Program-made: the position numbers and the translations under genes
Shown: positions 17,021-26,710 of the stretch, in pieces
Layout: every line of letters begins with the position of its first letter
Numbering within the stretch: the first letter of the stretch is position 1
The notes under the pieces: generated by a model
Database searches by the model: none
The model's input: the letters and a program-made list of their open reading frames with translations, nothing else
Told to the model about the DNA's origin: nothing
Origin: a plasmid
Sequence record: NZ_LR134454.1
Direction: 5' to 3' (one strand)
Length of the DNA: 64,000 nucleotides

Positions 17021-18160
17021 TCACGACCGCCAGTCTTCGCCCTGCGCCGCGGCGATCGCGACCAGGCGATCGAGGCCGTAGTTCATGTCGAGAACGTGGG
17101 TGCCGACGAGGGGGATCCCGTTGGCTCCAGGCACGTTCACGTGCAGGAGGCGGTAGCCGCCTGAGTCGCTGCAGCGGCTGGTGCCGCGCTGTGCGCTCTG
17201 CGTCCAGGTCGAACGGCTCGTGGGCATCGCGCTGGGAAAGGTCGTGATTCCCATCGCGAGCTTGATGACGCCGGGGGCGTAGGGCTTGCTGGGCACGGTG
17301 ATCGGTTGCGGTCGGTCGTCACCGGCGATGACAGCGGGATCGACGCAGGCCACTCGGTAGGCGGGGCCGTGTCGTAGGCCCCACAGGCGTGAGAGCAGGT
17401 CGACATCGGAATTGCCGAACAGTGACAACGCTGGCGTGACGAAGTCGGTGGAGTAGGCGACGACGCACCGGCTCTGGCCCGTGCGGGTGCAGATCGGGAT
17501 GTTGTCGAAGTCGCCGCCCGTCGTTCGTCCCGGTGCGACCGTGACGTTGCCGCCGATGAGGAACGCGCCCGCGACTCTGGCGCGCACGGCCTGATTCCCG
17601 TCCACGTGCTCCCGGATCAGTTTGCGCAGCATGAGGGTGCCTTGCGAATGCCCGATGAAGATCACCGCCCGACCCCGGTTGTCGCGCGCGAGATACTCCT
17701 TCCACGCGCGGACCACGTCGTCGTAGCCGCGCTCGACAGGATTCGCGAGTTCTGGTGGCAGGATCGGCCCTGCCATCTGTGCGAGGAACCCCGGGACGGC
17801 CACCTGGCGGTAGAGCGGGGCGTAGACGCGGCACGCGTTCGAGAACCGCGCCACCTGGAACTCCGCGATCGATCGGACCTCGGGATCCGGCGTCGCCGTG
17901 GCATTGCCGACGATCTGGTTGCTCACCGTCGGGTAGACGAAGAAGCAGTCGACCTTGTCGCGGGACGAGCCGACGGGCGGTGTGACAACGCGCCCGTTCG
18001 CCAGATCGGTCGTGTCCATGGGGGAGTGGCACGGATCCTGGGCCAGGTCCGGGCGGCACAGCCACGCGCTCCTGGGCGCGGCGGTCGCCGTTGTCAGGCC
18101 ACCGGAGACGATGCAGGCGGCGGCTACTGCGACGGCGACGAGTCGGCCCAGAACAGTCAT
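17021..18160 (-). CDS. Secreted alpha/beta-hydrolase (DUF3089-type lipase/esterase).
   Basis: Signal peptide MTVLGRLVAVAVAAACIVSGGLTTATAAP and a GHSQG nucleophile elbow. Strong GGAGGAAG RBS before the ATG at 18160. Confidence 0.7.
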   Translation of the reverse strand: MTVLGRLVAVAVAAACIVSGGLTTATAAPRSAWLCRPDLAQDPCHSPMDTTDLANGRVVTPPVGSSRDKVDCFFVYPTVSNQIVGNATATPDPEVRSIAEFQVARFSNACRVYAPLYRQVAVPGFLAQMAGPILPPELANPVERGYDDVVRAWKEYLARDNRGRAVIFIGHSQGTLMLRKLIREHVDGNQAVRARVAGAFLIGGNVTVAPGRTTGGDFDNIPICTRTGQSRCVVAYSTDFVTPALSLFGNSDVDLLSRLWGLRHGPAYRVACVDPAVIAGDDRPQPITVPSKPYAPGVIKLAMGITTFPSAMPTSRSTWTQSAQRGTSRCSDSGGYRLLHVNVPGANGIPLVGTHVLDMNYGLDRLVAIAAAQGEDWRS

Positions 18161-18214
18161 TGCGGTGCTTCCTCCGGAGTTCGGCGAGGGCCCCAAACGG
18201 GGCCGAGGGGAAAT

Positions 18215-18236
18215 TTACATGCAGATCTGCCTGTAA
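18215..18236. promoter_or_regulatory. 22-bp near-perfect palindrome TTACAtGCAGATCTGCcTGTAA in the divergent hydrolase/TetR promoter; candidate TetR operator.
   Basis: 20 of 22 positions are self-complementary. It sits in a locally AT-richer stretch 70 nt upstream of the TetR start. Confidence 0.5.
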
Positions 18237-18307
18237 GTTGCTCATCAGAGGAATCCACATTCGACGAAGCCGTCGGGGCGGTGCGTACGGCCGGTACCGT
18301 TGCCGCA

Positions 18308-18928
18308 ATGAGCGCGATGCCGCCCGCCAGACGAACCCAGAAGGAGCGGACCGAGGCGACCCGAACGGCACTCCTGGAGGCGACCGTCGACTGCCTCATC
18401 GATCACGGCTACGCCGGCACCTCCACCAACCGTGTCGTCGAACGCGCCGGGCTGACTCGAGGTGCATTGGCCCACCACTTCCCCACGCGCGACGCCCTCA
18501 TCGTCGCTGCGGTGGAGCACGTCGTTCGACAGCAGATCTCCCTCATGCGGGAGATGGTGCTCGGTCTTCCGGCGGAGATGCCGCTCACGGCGACGATGGT
18601 CCTGGACGTGATGTGGGCGGGGAACCAGACAGCGACGTCGGCCGCGGGCATCGAACTGTGGGTCGCCGGTCGCACGAACCGTGCCGTCTCCGCCCACAGC
18701 AACCTCCTGCGCGACCGGATCGCCGAGGCAGCGGCAGAGGTCATCGCTGCACTGCCTGGCGTTTCCGATCCGCAGCGACTGACGAGCGTCATCGTCACCT
18801 GTCAGGACGCGATCCGCGGACTGGTCGTCACCGCATTGGGCGACCCCGACACCGAGCGGACGGAACAGAAGTGGCATCAGCTGCGGGACAACCTCCTGCC
18901 ACTTCTCGGTGACGCGCTGTCGGGCTGA
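18308..18928 (+). CDS. TetR-family transcriptional regulator.
   Basis: TetR_N HTH RTALLEATVDCLIDHGYAGTSTNRVVERAGLTRGALAHHFPTRDALI. Confidence 0.8.
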   Translation: MSAMPPARRTQKERTEATRTALLEATVDCLIDHGYAGTSTNRVVERAGLTRGALAHHFPTRDALIVAAVEHVVRQQISLMREMVLGLPAEMPLTATMVLDVMWAGNQTATSAAGIELWVAGRTNRAVSAHSNLLRDRIAEAAAEVIAALPGVSDPQRLTSVIVTCQDAIRGLVVTALGDPDTERTEQKWHQLRDNLLPLLGDALSG

Positions 18929-18976
18929 CTCCGGCGAGCCGACCGCCGCCCCCGCCCCGCGGTGATGAAAACGGAA

Positions 18977-19010
18977 CGAGCCCCGATCCCGGGAGGGGGA
19001 TCGGGGCTCG
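18977..19010. terminator. Intrinsic-terminator-like hairpin between the convergent TetR and mmpL genes.
   Basis: CGAGCCCCGATCCC-gggagg-GGGATCGGGGCTCG, a 14-bp GC-rich stem. Confidence 0.6.
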
Positions 19011-19023
19011 TCGGCGTGCGGGA

Positions 19024-22000
19024 TCAGTCCTGGTGCGGGGGACGCTGCTGGGGGCGCGGTCCCTCACCCGTCGGGCCCTGCGGGCGCGGACCCTGCGGCC
19101 CACCCGGGCCCTGAGGCCCCTGCGGACGCGGCGGGTACGGCTGGCGCGGACCCTGCGGACCGCCCTGCGGACCACCCGGCCGCTGCTGCCGCGGCAGCTG
19201 GCCGCTCGGTCCCTGGCCGATCGGACCGCTCGGGCGCGGTCCCTGGGGGCCGCCGGGGCCCTGCGGGCCGGGGGGCGGACCCTGACGGTGCCGCGAGGGC
19301 TGACCGGGAGCCTGCTGCGGGCCGCGGCCCGGAACCGGCTGCTGGTAGCTGCGCGGATCCTGCGGCGGGCGCTGCGTGGGCGCCGACGGGCGCGGCGGCA
19401 GCTCCAGCCGACCCGAGAAGCCGGGCGGCGGGCCGGGACGACGCGGGCCGGGGCCGACCGGGGTCGGCCGGGCCGGACGCACGTCGGGCAGGTTCGACGG
19501 CGGGTGGAGCCTGCCGTCCTCGGGCGCCGCGGGCGCGCGCGTGGCGGAGACCGGGGCACCGGCCCCGACGAGCTCCGGCGCGGCCTTGCCCGGCCCCGCG
19601 GTGGCGGGCTTGACCGACGACAGCGGGCGGCCGTCGCGGGTCTCGGCGGGCAGCGAGGTCTCGCCCAGGCCGACGGCCTCCTGGATCTTGCGCATCCACA
19701 GCGGAGCCCACCAGGAATCGTCGCCGAGCAGCTTCATCACCGCGGGCACGAGCACCATGCGGACGACGGTCGCGTCGATGAGCAGCGCGAACATCAGGCC
19801 GAAGGAGACGTATTTCAGCATCACCAGGTCGGACGTCGCGAACGCCGCCGCGACGCACGCGAGCAGCACGGCGGCCGCGGTGATGATCCGGCCGGTGTTG
19901 GCCGTGCCGGCGCGGATCGCCTGGTTCGTCGTGGCACCGCCCGCGCGTTCCTCGATCATGCGGGAGATGACGAAGACCTCGTAGTCCGTACTGAGGCCGA
20001 AGACCACCGCGATCACCAGCACCAGGACGGGCGCCATCATCGGGCCGCCGGTGAAGTTGAAGATGTCGCCGCCGTGGCCGTCGACGAACATCCAGGTCAG
20101 GAAGCCCAGCGTGGAGCCCAGCGACAGGAGCGACATCAGCACGGCCTTGATCGGCAGCGTCAGCGAGCCGAAGGCCAGGAACATCATCAACGTGGTGACC
20201 ACGACCAGCAGCAGCAGGAGCATCGGCAGCAGGCTCAGCATCGAGTCGATCGAGTCGTACTGCAGCACCGGCATGCCGCCGACCAGGAAGCCGACGCCCT
20301 TATCCGGGTCGGCCCCGTCCATCGTGATGCCGCGCAGTGCCGTCACCGCCTCGCCGACGGCCTTGGTGTCGTTCGGGTCCTGCATGCTGCCGTTGGACGT
20401 CCGCACCGAGACCTCCTGGCCGCGGACCTCGAGCTTGTCCGTCGTGCCCTTGGCGGTGGAGACGGCGTCGGTCGCCGCGCTGAACCGCGCGGAGTTCGGG
20501 TCCGCGGGGTTCGAGTGCGTGAAGCCGGGGATCTTGTTCGCCTCGTCGAGCACCTGCTTGATCTGCTCGTCGCTGGCGTTGGTGAAGACGATCTTGACCG
20601 GTTGGCCGGTATTGTCCGGGAACAGCTCCTGGAACTGGTCCTGCGCCTGCCGGGTCTCGTTGGTCGGCGGCAGGTAGGTCTGCGAGATGCCGCCGAACTG
20701 CAGGCCGACGATGGGGATGCAGATCGCGAGCAGCAGCGTCACGACGCCGACGATCGCGGCCTTCGGGCGCTTCATGACCGCGTCGGTCACCTTGCCCCAC
20801 ATGCCGGCCTCGATGTTGGCCTTCGTCTTCGCGCGGCCCGTCTTCTCGGCGGCCCAGTGGATGATGCCGCCGATGAGCGGCAGGTTCCACTTGTCGAAGA
20901 TGGTGAGGAACCAGTGGAAGCTCAGCGCGAAGACCCGCGGGCCGAGCACCGCCAGCATCGCGGGAAGCAGGGTCAGCGACAGGATCGCGGCGATGAAGAC
21001 GCCGAGCAGCGCGCCCGTGGCCATCGACGTGAGCAGGCCCAGCGGCGAGATGTAGAGACAGGCCAGGGCTCCGACGATGAGCAGCGACGACATGATGATC
21101 GTTCGGCCGGCGGTCATGACCGTGCGTCTGACCGCCGTGGGTGTGTCGTACCCCTCGTCCAGTTCCTCTCTGAACCGGGACACCATGAACAGGCCGTAGT
21201 CGTGGGCGATGCCCAGGCCGATCAGCGAGATGATCGGCCCGACGAACAGGTTGACGTCCGTGAAATCGGCCATCACCGAGGCGACCGCCATGGCGGCGCC
21301 GATGGTGAGCACACCGATGATCATCGGCAGCACCGCGGCGACGATGCCGCCGTAGACGAAGAAGAGCACGATCGCGACCAGCGGCAGCGCGATGATCTCG
21401 GCCTTCTTCTGGTCCTTCTGCACACCCTCGGTGACCTCCGAGGTCACGGGCACGAGTCCGGCCACCTGAGCCTCGAAGACCGGCTTGTTCGCCTCCGACC
21501 GCAGGATCTCCATGAGCGGCTGCTGGATCGACACCCAGTCCTTGCCGCGCTGGGTGTCGTCCGCCGACTTCATCGGCAGCGTGAAGAAGCCCCACGTGCC
21601 GCCGTCGGCGTCGGTGCGGGTGAACTTCTTGTACAGCGCGTCGTTCGCCTGGGGCGCACCCGGGGCGAACATCGTGTAGCTGAGCGAGCTCTCCTGCGGG
21701 TCCTTCTCGTTGACCGGGTTCAGCTTGGCGTCGTCGCCCGTCGCGAACTTCGCGAGGACGTCCTCGCGGGTCTTCGCGACCGCCTTCTCGACGTCAGCGT
21801 CGGAGATCTTCTTGCCCTCCGCGGGCTTGATCAGCACCAGGATGTCGGGCTGCATCTCGCGGCCGTTCGCCTTATCGGTGACCTGGGCGGCGGCGACGGA
21901 GTCGCTGGCCTCGTCGTAGAGGCCGTTCATCTTGGTCTTGGCACCCAGCCCGAGGAAGCCCCAGACGCCGGTCGCGGCGATGGACACGAAGAGGACCGCG

Positions 22001-22050
22001 ATGATCGTGTATCGGAACGCGTACGTGAAGCGTCCTATAGCTGCGAACAA
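19024..22050 (-). CDS. mmpL3: MmpL-family RND transporter, MmpL3-like (trehalose monomycolate exporter type), with a ~260-aa Pro/Gln/Gly-rich C-terminal tail.
   Basis: N-terminus LFAAIGRFTYAFRYTIIAVLFVSIA resembles MmpL3. Two 6-TM bundles flank periplasmic domains. The predicted start is TTG with GGAAAGGAA 7 nt upstream. Synteny (NYN protein, then trmB) matches Rv0206c-Rv0208c. The tail consists of PQGPGGPQGPRP-type repeats (coding positions about 19024-19560). Confidence 0.8.
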   Translation of the reverse strand: MFAAIGRFTYAFRYTIIAVLFVSIAATGVWGFLGLGAKTKMNGLYDEASDSVAAAQVTDKANGREMQPDILVLIKPAEGKKISDADVEKAVAKTREDVLAKFATGDDAKLNPVNEKDPQESSLSYTMFAPGAPQANDALYKKFTRTDADGGTWGFFTLPMKSADDTQRGKDWVSIQQPLMEILRSEANKPVFEAQVAGLVPVTSEVTEGVQKDQKKAEIIALPLVAIVLFFVYGGIVAAVLPMIIGVLTIGAAMAVASVMADFTDVNLFVGPIISLIGLGIAHDYGLFMVSRFREELDEGYDTPTAVRRTVMTAGRTIIMSSLLIVGALACLYISPLGLLTSMATGALLGVFIAAILSLTLLPAMLAVLGPRVFALSFHWFLTIFDKWNLPLIGGIIHWAAEKTGRAKTKANIEAGMWGKVTDAVMKRPKAAIVGVVTLLLAICIPIVGLQFGGISQTYLPPTNETRQAQDQFQELFPDNTGQPVKIVFTNASDEQIKQVLDEANKIPGFTHSNPADPNSARFSAATDAVSTAKGTTDKLEVRGQEVSVRTSNGSMQDPNDTKAVGEAVTALRGITMDGADPDKGVGFLVGGMPVLQYDSIDSMLSLLPMLLLLLVVVTTLMMFLAFGSLTLPIKAVLMSLLSLGSTLGFLTWMFVDGHGGDIFNFTGGPMMAPVLVLVIAVVFGLSTDYEVFVISRMIEERAGGATTNQAIRAGTANTGRIITAAAVLLACVAAAFATSDLVMLKYVSFGLMFALLIDATVVRMVLVPAVMKLLGDDSWWAPLWMRKIQEAVGLGETSLPAETRDGRPLSSVKPATAGPGKAAPELVGAGAPVSATRAPAAPEDGRLHPPSNLPDVRPARPTPVGPGPRRPGPPPGFSGRLELPPRPSAPTQRPPQDPRSYQQPVPGRGPQQAPGQPSRHRQGPPPGPQGPGGPQGPRPSGPIGQGPSGQLPRQQRPGGPQGGPQGPRQPYPPRPQGPQGPGGPQGPRPQGPTGEGPRPQQRPPHQD

Positions 22051-22084
22051 GCGAAAATTCCTTTCCGGTGAACCGGTTCTAGGG

Positions 22085-22747
22085 CTAGGCCCGGCTCGAA
22101 AGTAGCGAGGACAGGGGACGGAACGGCTGCAGCCACGCACCCTCGTCGGGCAGCGAATCGAGGCTCACCCGTGGCAGCGGCTCGCGGAACACCCCGGCGA
22201 TGTCCTCGAGATCGACGAACTCCAGAGTAGGGGACGCCAGCGCCCAGGCGGCGTGCTCGCGGAACCCGAGGACGGTAACCGGTACACCGCTTGCGGAGAT
22301 CTCCTCCAGCGGCTCGCGGAAGGCCTGGCCGTCCGCGGAGGCGACGAGGAGCCCACCGAGGCCCGGCGAGTACCGCCGGACGTCGATGTGATCGAGCATG
22401 TCCTCGTCGACGTCGCTGTCGTCGTCGATCTTGGGCTTGGCGAAGACCGCGTAGCCCACGTTGCGCAGGGCCTCGACCCAGGGGCGGACCACGTCTGCGG
22501 TGCCGGGCGCGATGTTGGTGAAGACGGTGGCCTCGGGCTCGAGCCGGGTGTCCGTGTCCGATTCCAGGCCGGCCGTGTACTCCAGGAGCCAGCGGCCCAG
22601 CGCGTCGAAGCGCGGGCGGTGCGCGGCGGTCGGGCGGCCGCCGAGGATCGAGCCGAGCCCCATGTCGAGGTTGGGCGCGTCCCAGACGAGCAGGACGCGC
22701 TTGGCCGCGTCGGGCTGCGGGTCGGTGGGTGCGTCGAGCGGAGTCAC
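22085..22747 (-). CDS. NYN/LabA-like domain protein (Rv0207c-like conserved hypothetical).
   Basis: Conserved core RVLLVWDAPNLDMGLGSILGG. Its position between trmB and mmpL3 is as in M. tuberculosis. Start taken as GTG at 22747; an ATG at 22777 is an alternative. Confidence 0.6.
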   Translation of the reverse strand: MTPLDAPTDPQPDAAKRVLLVWDAPNLDMGLGSILGGRPTAAHRPRFDALGRWLLEYTAGLESDTDTRLEPEATVFTNIAPGTADVVRPWVEALRNVGYAVFAKPKIDDDSDVDEDMLDHIDVRRYSPGLGGLLVASADGQAFREPLEEISASGVPVTVLGFREHAAWALASPTLEFVDLEDIAGVFREPLPRVSLDSLPDEGAWLQPFRPLSSLLSSRA

Positions 22748-23553
22748 CGCACCTCTCCTTCCTCCACGCGCTCCCATACGAACTCGTGGATCTCGCGGCC
22801 CACCTGCGCGGCCTTGTCCTGGAACTTGGTCACCGGGCGGTCGACGGAGATCGGCAGCCCGGCGTCGGCGAGCCGCGGCGGCAGCACCACGGGCCGCAGC
22901 AACGGCTCCGAGGGTGCGGTCTCCGCAATCGCCTCTGCATAGTCTGCATGATCAGTAGCCACGTGCAGAATCCCTCCCACACGCAGACGGTCCGCGATCA
23001 GGGAGAACATGCGCGGCTGGAGCAGCCGGCGCTTGTGGTGGCGGGCCTTCGGCCACGGGTCCGGGAAGTAGACGCGCACGCCGGTGAGGGTGCCCGGCGC
23101 GATCATGTCCTCGAGCATCGCGACCCCGTCGCCCCGCACGACCCGCACGTTCGTCAGCTCCGCGCGCTGCACCGCGCCCACGAGCTGCGCGATGCCGGGC
23201 AGGTAGACCTCCACGGCCACGACGTCGTTCTCCGGCTCGGCCTGCGCCATCGCCCAGGTCGACGTTCCGGTGCCGGAGCCGATCTCCACGATGAGCGGGG
23301 CCTTCCGCCCGAACCAGGCCTCCGCGTCCAGCGGGTGCGACGGTGCCGGGAACGTCCCGGGCGCGCCGTCGGGCGCACCGTCGGGAAGCGGCGACGCAGG
23401 AGGGATGTCGCGGCCGAGGGTCTCCCAGCCCGTGTCCATCGCCAGCTGCTGGGCGGGGGTGAGGGCGGCGCGGCGGGAGCGGAAACTGGTCACGCGGGGG
23501 TACAGCCGACGGTGCTCGGCGCGGGGATCCTGGGACTGGGGCACGCTCTCCAT
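22744..23553 (-). CDS. trmB: tRNA (guanine46-N7)-methyltransferase.
   Basis: EIGSGTGTSTWAMAQAEP, VRVYFPDPWPKARHHKRRLLQP and HVATDHADYAE closely match TrmB (Rv0208c). Confidence 0.85.
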   Translation of the reverse strand: MESVPQSQDPRAEHRRLYPRVTSFRSRRAALTPAQQLAMDTGWETLGRDIPPASPLPDGAPDGAPGTFPAPSHPLDAEAWFGRKAPLIVEIGSGTGTSTWAMAQAEPENDVVAVEVYLPGIAQLVGAVQRAELTNVRVVRGDGVAMLEDMIAPGTLTGVRVYFPDPWPKARHHKRRLLQPRMFSLIADRLRVGGILHVATDHADYAEAIAETAPSEPLLRPVVLPPRLADAGLPISVDRPVTKFQDKAAQVGREIHEFVWERVEEGEVR

Positions 23554-23590
23554 CGTCCCAGCTTCACGGTTGTGACTTAGCATTGGCCGC

Positions 23591-24319
23591 ATGATCGTGC
23601 GTAACTCTCGCCACACGGCGCTCCGCCTCGCCTCCACGGTGGTGGCCCTGCTCGCCGTCGTCGGCCTTCTGGCCGCTTGCTCGAAGAGCGACGGGGAGAA
23701 GGTCAACGACGCGCCGCTGCCCGACGCCAAGACCCTGATCGACGCCTCGTCGAAGGCCGCCCGCGAGCTGCACGACGTGCAGCTGGACCTCTCCGTCGAG
23801 GGCACCGTGCCGAACCTGCCCGTCAAGAGCGTCTCCGCGTATCTGACCAACCAGCCCAAGGTCTCCGGCCAGGGCGATGCCGAGGTGACCTTCAACGGCA
23901 CCCAGGTCAAGGCGAAGTTCGTGGTCGTCGACGCCCACCTGTGGGCGCAGTTCGGCGCCGGCCAGTCGTACCAGGACATGGGCCTCGCCTCCGCCATCTA
24001 CGACGCCTCCGCCATCCTCGACCCGAACAAGGGCATCGCCAACCTCATCTCCTCCGTCCGCGAGCCCAAGGTCGAGGGCCGCGAGCAGATCGGCGGCACC
24101 GAGGCCGTGCGCATCTCCGGCATCATCCCCGGCACCGCGCTCGCCGGCATCGTCCCCAAGGCCGCGCTCGGCGACCGCCCGCTGACCTTCTGGGTGCAGG
24201 AGGCCGCGCCGAACAACCTCGTCCGCGCGAACGTCGGCTTCGATTCCGGAACGCTGACGGTCACGCTCTCGGACTGGGGCAAGAAGGTCACCCTGCTCGA
24301 CCCGAAGACCGCGAAGTGA
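23591..24319 (+). CDS. lprG: LprG/LppX-family lipid-binding lipoprotein.
   Basis: Signal peptide and lipobox LLAAC. Similar to M. tuberculosis LprG along the whole length (LPDAK.L, ILDPNKGIANLISS, TLSDWGKKVTLLDPK). Its stop overlaps the start of the downstream MFS gene, as in the lprG-Rv1410c operon. Confidence 0.85.
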   Translation: MIVRNSRHTALRLASTVVALLAVVGLLAACSKSDGEKVNDAPLPDAKTLIDASSKAARELHDVQLDLSVEGTVPNLPVKSVSAYLTNQPKVSGQGDAEVTFNGTQVKAKFVVVDAHLWAQFGAGQSYQDMGLASAIYDASAILDPNKGIANLISSVREPKVEGREQIGGTEAVRISGIIPGTALAGIVPKAALGDRPLTFWVQEAAPNNLVRANVGFDSGTLTVTLSDWGKKVTLLDPKTAK

Positions 24320-25950
24320 CCGTCACCGCGGCGCCGGCCGCGCCGGGCCGCGTGCGCGGCCGCGGCGTCGCGATGGGCGCCGCGGGACTGGCCGTACTTC
24401 TCGGCGCGCTCGACACCTACGTGGTGGTCTCGGTGCTCGAGGACATCATGCGCAGCGTCGAGATCCCCATCAACCGGATCCAGCTGGCCACCCCGATCAT
24501 CACCTGGTACCTGCTGGGCTACATCGCGGCGATGCCGCTCCTCGGCCGCCTCTCGGACCGGTTCGGCCGCCGGCTGGTGCTGCAGGCCAGCCTGGCGCTG
24601 TTCATCGTCGGGTCCGTAGTGACGGCGCTCGCCGGCACGGTGGAGATCGCCTTCCATGTTCCGCTGACCGGGCTCGACCTCGACGTCACGGCGCTCGACC
24701 AGGTGCTCGTGGGCCGCGTGGTCCAGGGCGTCGCGAGCGGCGCACTGCTGCCCGTGACGCTCGCCCTCGCCGCCGACCTCTGGTCCGCGCGCCGACGGGC
24801 CGCCGTGCTCGGCTGGGTCGGCGCGGCGCAGGAGCTGGGCAGCGTGCTCGGCCCCGTCGTGGGCGTGGGCGTCGTGACGCTGGTGCACAACCACTTCTCC
24901 TCGGTGCCCCGCGACGACGCCTGGCGCGTCGTCTTCTGGATCAACGTGCCGCTCGCGCTCCTCGCGATGGTGCTGCTGCAACTGACGGTCCCGAAGCGGG
25001 CGGTGTCGAAGCAGAAGGTCGACGTGGTCGGCGGGCTGCTGCTGGCCGTCGCGCTGGGGCTCTCCGTGATCGGCCTCTACAACCCGGAGCCCGACGGCGA
25101 GCACATCCTGCCGCCGAACGGGGCGTGGCTGCTCCTCGGCGCCGCCATCGCGTTCGTCCTGTTCGCGCTCTGGGAGAGATTCGCGCAGGTCAAGCTCATC
25201 GACACCGCCGGCATGCGGGTCACGCCCTTCCTCGCCGCCTGCGCCGCCTCGGTGTGCGCCGGCGCGGCGCTCATGGTGACCCTGGTCGACATCGAGATCT
25301 ACGCCCGCATGGTGCTGCAGCGCGACGGGGTCGCCGCCGTGCTCACGCTGGTCCGCTTCCTGCTCGCCCTGCCGGTCGGCGCGATCCTCGGCGGCTTCCT
25401 GGCGACGCGGTTCGGTGACCGGATCGTTTCCGTCGTGGGGCTGGTCGTCGCCGCGGGCGGGTACGTGCTCATCGCGAACTGGCCGACCGATGTGCTCTCG
25501 GCCCAGTACCTCGGTTTCCTCCCCGCGCTCGACACCTCGCTCGCGATCGCGGGCTTCGGGCTCGGAGTGGTGATCGGCCCGCTGTCGTCGGCGGCGCTGC
25601 GCGCGGTGCCGCTCTCGCAGGCGGGTATCGCCTCCGCGCTGCTCGTCGTGGCGCGGATGAGCGGCATGCTGATCGGCGTGGCCGCGCTGACCACCTTCGG
25701 CTTCTACCGCCTGAACTCGATCATGGACTCGATGCCGCCGATCGCGCCGCAGGGGAGTTTCGTCGAGACCGGACTCGCCGTGTTCCGGCAGACGCAGGAG
25801 GCCTACGGCCGGATGTTCGGCGAGGTCTTCGGCGTGACCGCGGTGATCTGCCTGGTCGGCGCCGTGATCGCGGTCTTCGTCGCGGGCGGCCGACACGAAT
25901 CGGAGCAATCGCCCACCGAGGACGACGAGGCGCTCGTACCCTCCCGGTAG
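24316..25950 (+). CDS. MFS transporter, P55 (Rv1410c)-like efflux pump partnered with LprG.
   Basis: LAVLLGALDTYVVVSVLEDIMRSVEIPIN, YLLGYIAAMPLLGRLSDRFGRR and 14 TM segments. Strong end-to-end similarity to M. tuberculosis P55. Start coordinate uncertain (GTG at 24316, or a later GTG/ATG). Confidence 0.8.
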   Translation: MTVTAAPAAPGRVRGRGVAMGAAGLAVLLGALDTYVVVSVLEDIMRSVEIPINRIQLATPIITWYLLGYIAAMPLLGRLSDRFGRRLVLQASLALFIVGSVVTALAGTVEIAFHVPLTGLDLDVTALDQVLVGRVVQGVASGALLPVTLALAADLWSARRRAAVLGWVGAAQELGSVLGPVVGVGVVTLVHNHFSSVPRDDAWRVVFWINVPLALLAMVLLQLTVPKRAVSKQKVDVVGGLLLAVALGLSVIGLYNPEPDGEHILPPNGAWLLLGAAIAFVLFALWERFAQVKLIDTAGMRVTPFLAACAASVCAGAALMVTLVDIEIYARMVLQRDGVAAVLTLVRFLLALPVGAILGGFLATRFGDRIVSVVGLVVAAGGYVLIANWPTDVLSAQYLGFLPALDTSLAIAGFGLGVVIGPLSSAALRAVPLSQAGIASALLVVARMSGMLIGVAALTTFGFYRLNSIMDSMPPIAPQGSFVETGLAVFRQTQEAYGRMFGEVFGVTAVICLVGAVIAVFVAGGRHESEQSPTEDDEALVPSR

Positions 25951-25990
25951 GCGATCGCCGCGGGGGCGGTGATCGGGAGCGGGGGCTCTC

Positions 25991-26710
25991 ATGGGGGATC
26001 TGTCCGTGCGCCGCGGCGCGCCACGGGTGCGGCTGCTCGGTCGCGCCGGCGTCGGGAGGACGGTGCTGGGCGCGGCGCTGCGGGCGCGCGCCGTCGAGAC
26101 GGTCGAGGACGACGGCGCCGCCGACGCGGCGCTGTACTGCTTCGCCGGGGGCCTGCGCGCCACCGACCGCGCCGCGATCGAGGGGCTGAGCGCCGACCCC
26201 GCGGGACCGCCGGTGATCGCGTGGACGAAGGCCGACGCCGCGGGCTCGTGGCGCGCCGCCGACGACTACGCCGCCCGCCTCGGCGAGGTGCTGGGCCGAC
26301 CGGTGATCGCGGTGATGGCGCTGCTCGACGGCGTGGACCCCGGCGACCTGCCCGCGATCCGCCGCCTCGCGGAGTCCGGGCTCGCGCTGCCGGAATCGGC
26401 GCTCGCCGCCGCGGAGGCGCTCGGCGAGGACGCCCCGTTGCTGCGCCGGTTCGGCGGCTACGGGCTGGCCTGCGCGCTGGGCGCACTGCGCGAGACCCCG
26501 TCGATGCCCGACGACGTGCTGCTGGCGAGCCTGCGCGACCTGAGCGGCGTCGACGCGCTGCTGTCGCCGCTCGCCGCCGCCCTGCAGGGCCACGAGGCGC
26601 GCCGCGAGGCGGAGTTCGACCGCACGCTGCGCGCCGTCGCCGCGACGGACTGCGCGCGCCGCGACGAGGCCGAGCAGCTGCTGCTGGACCGGCTGGGGCG
26701 GGCGTCGTGA
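25991..26710 (+). CDS. Hypothetical protein with a degenerate GTPase-like fold (P-loop Lys replaced by Arg).
   Basis: RLLGRAGVGRT is Walker-A-like with Lys replaced by Arg. FAGG resembles G3 (DxxG). AWTKADA resembles G4 ((N/T)KxD). No other recognisable domain. Confidence 0.45.
   Translation: MGDLSVRRGAPRVRLLGRAGVGRTVLGAALRARAVETVEDDGAADAALYCFAGGLRATDRAAIEGLSADPAGPPVIAWTKADAAGSWRAADDYAARLGEVLGRPVIAVMALLDGVDPGDLPAIRRLAESGLALPESALAAAEALGEDAPLLRRFGGYGLACALGALRETPSMPDDVLLASLRDLSGVDALLSPLAAALQGHEARREAEFDRTLRAVAATDCARRDEAEQLLLDRLGRAS

Noticed and set aside
19024-19560. Separate collagen-like gene.
   Set aside because: The PQGP repeat region is in-frame and continuous with the MmpL C-terminus. No independent start is needed.
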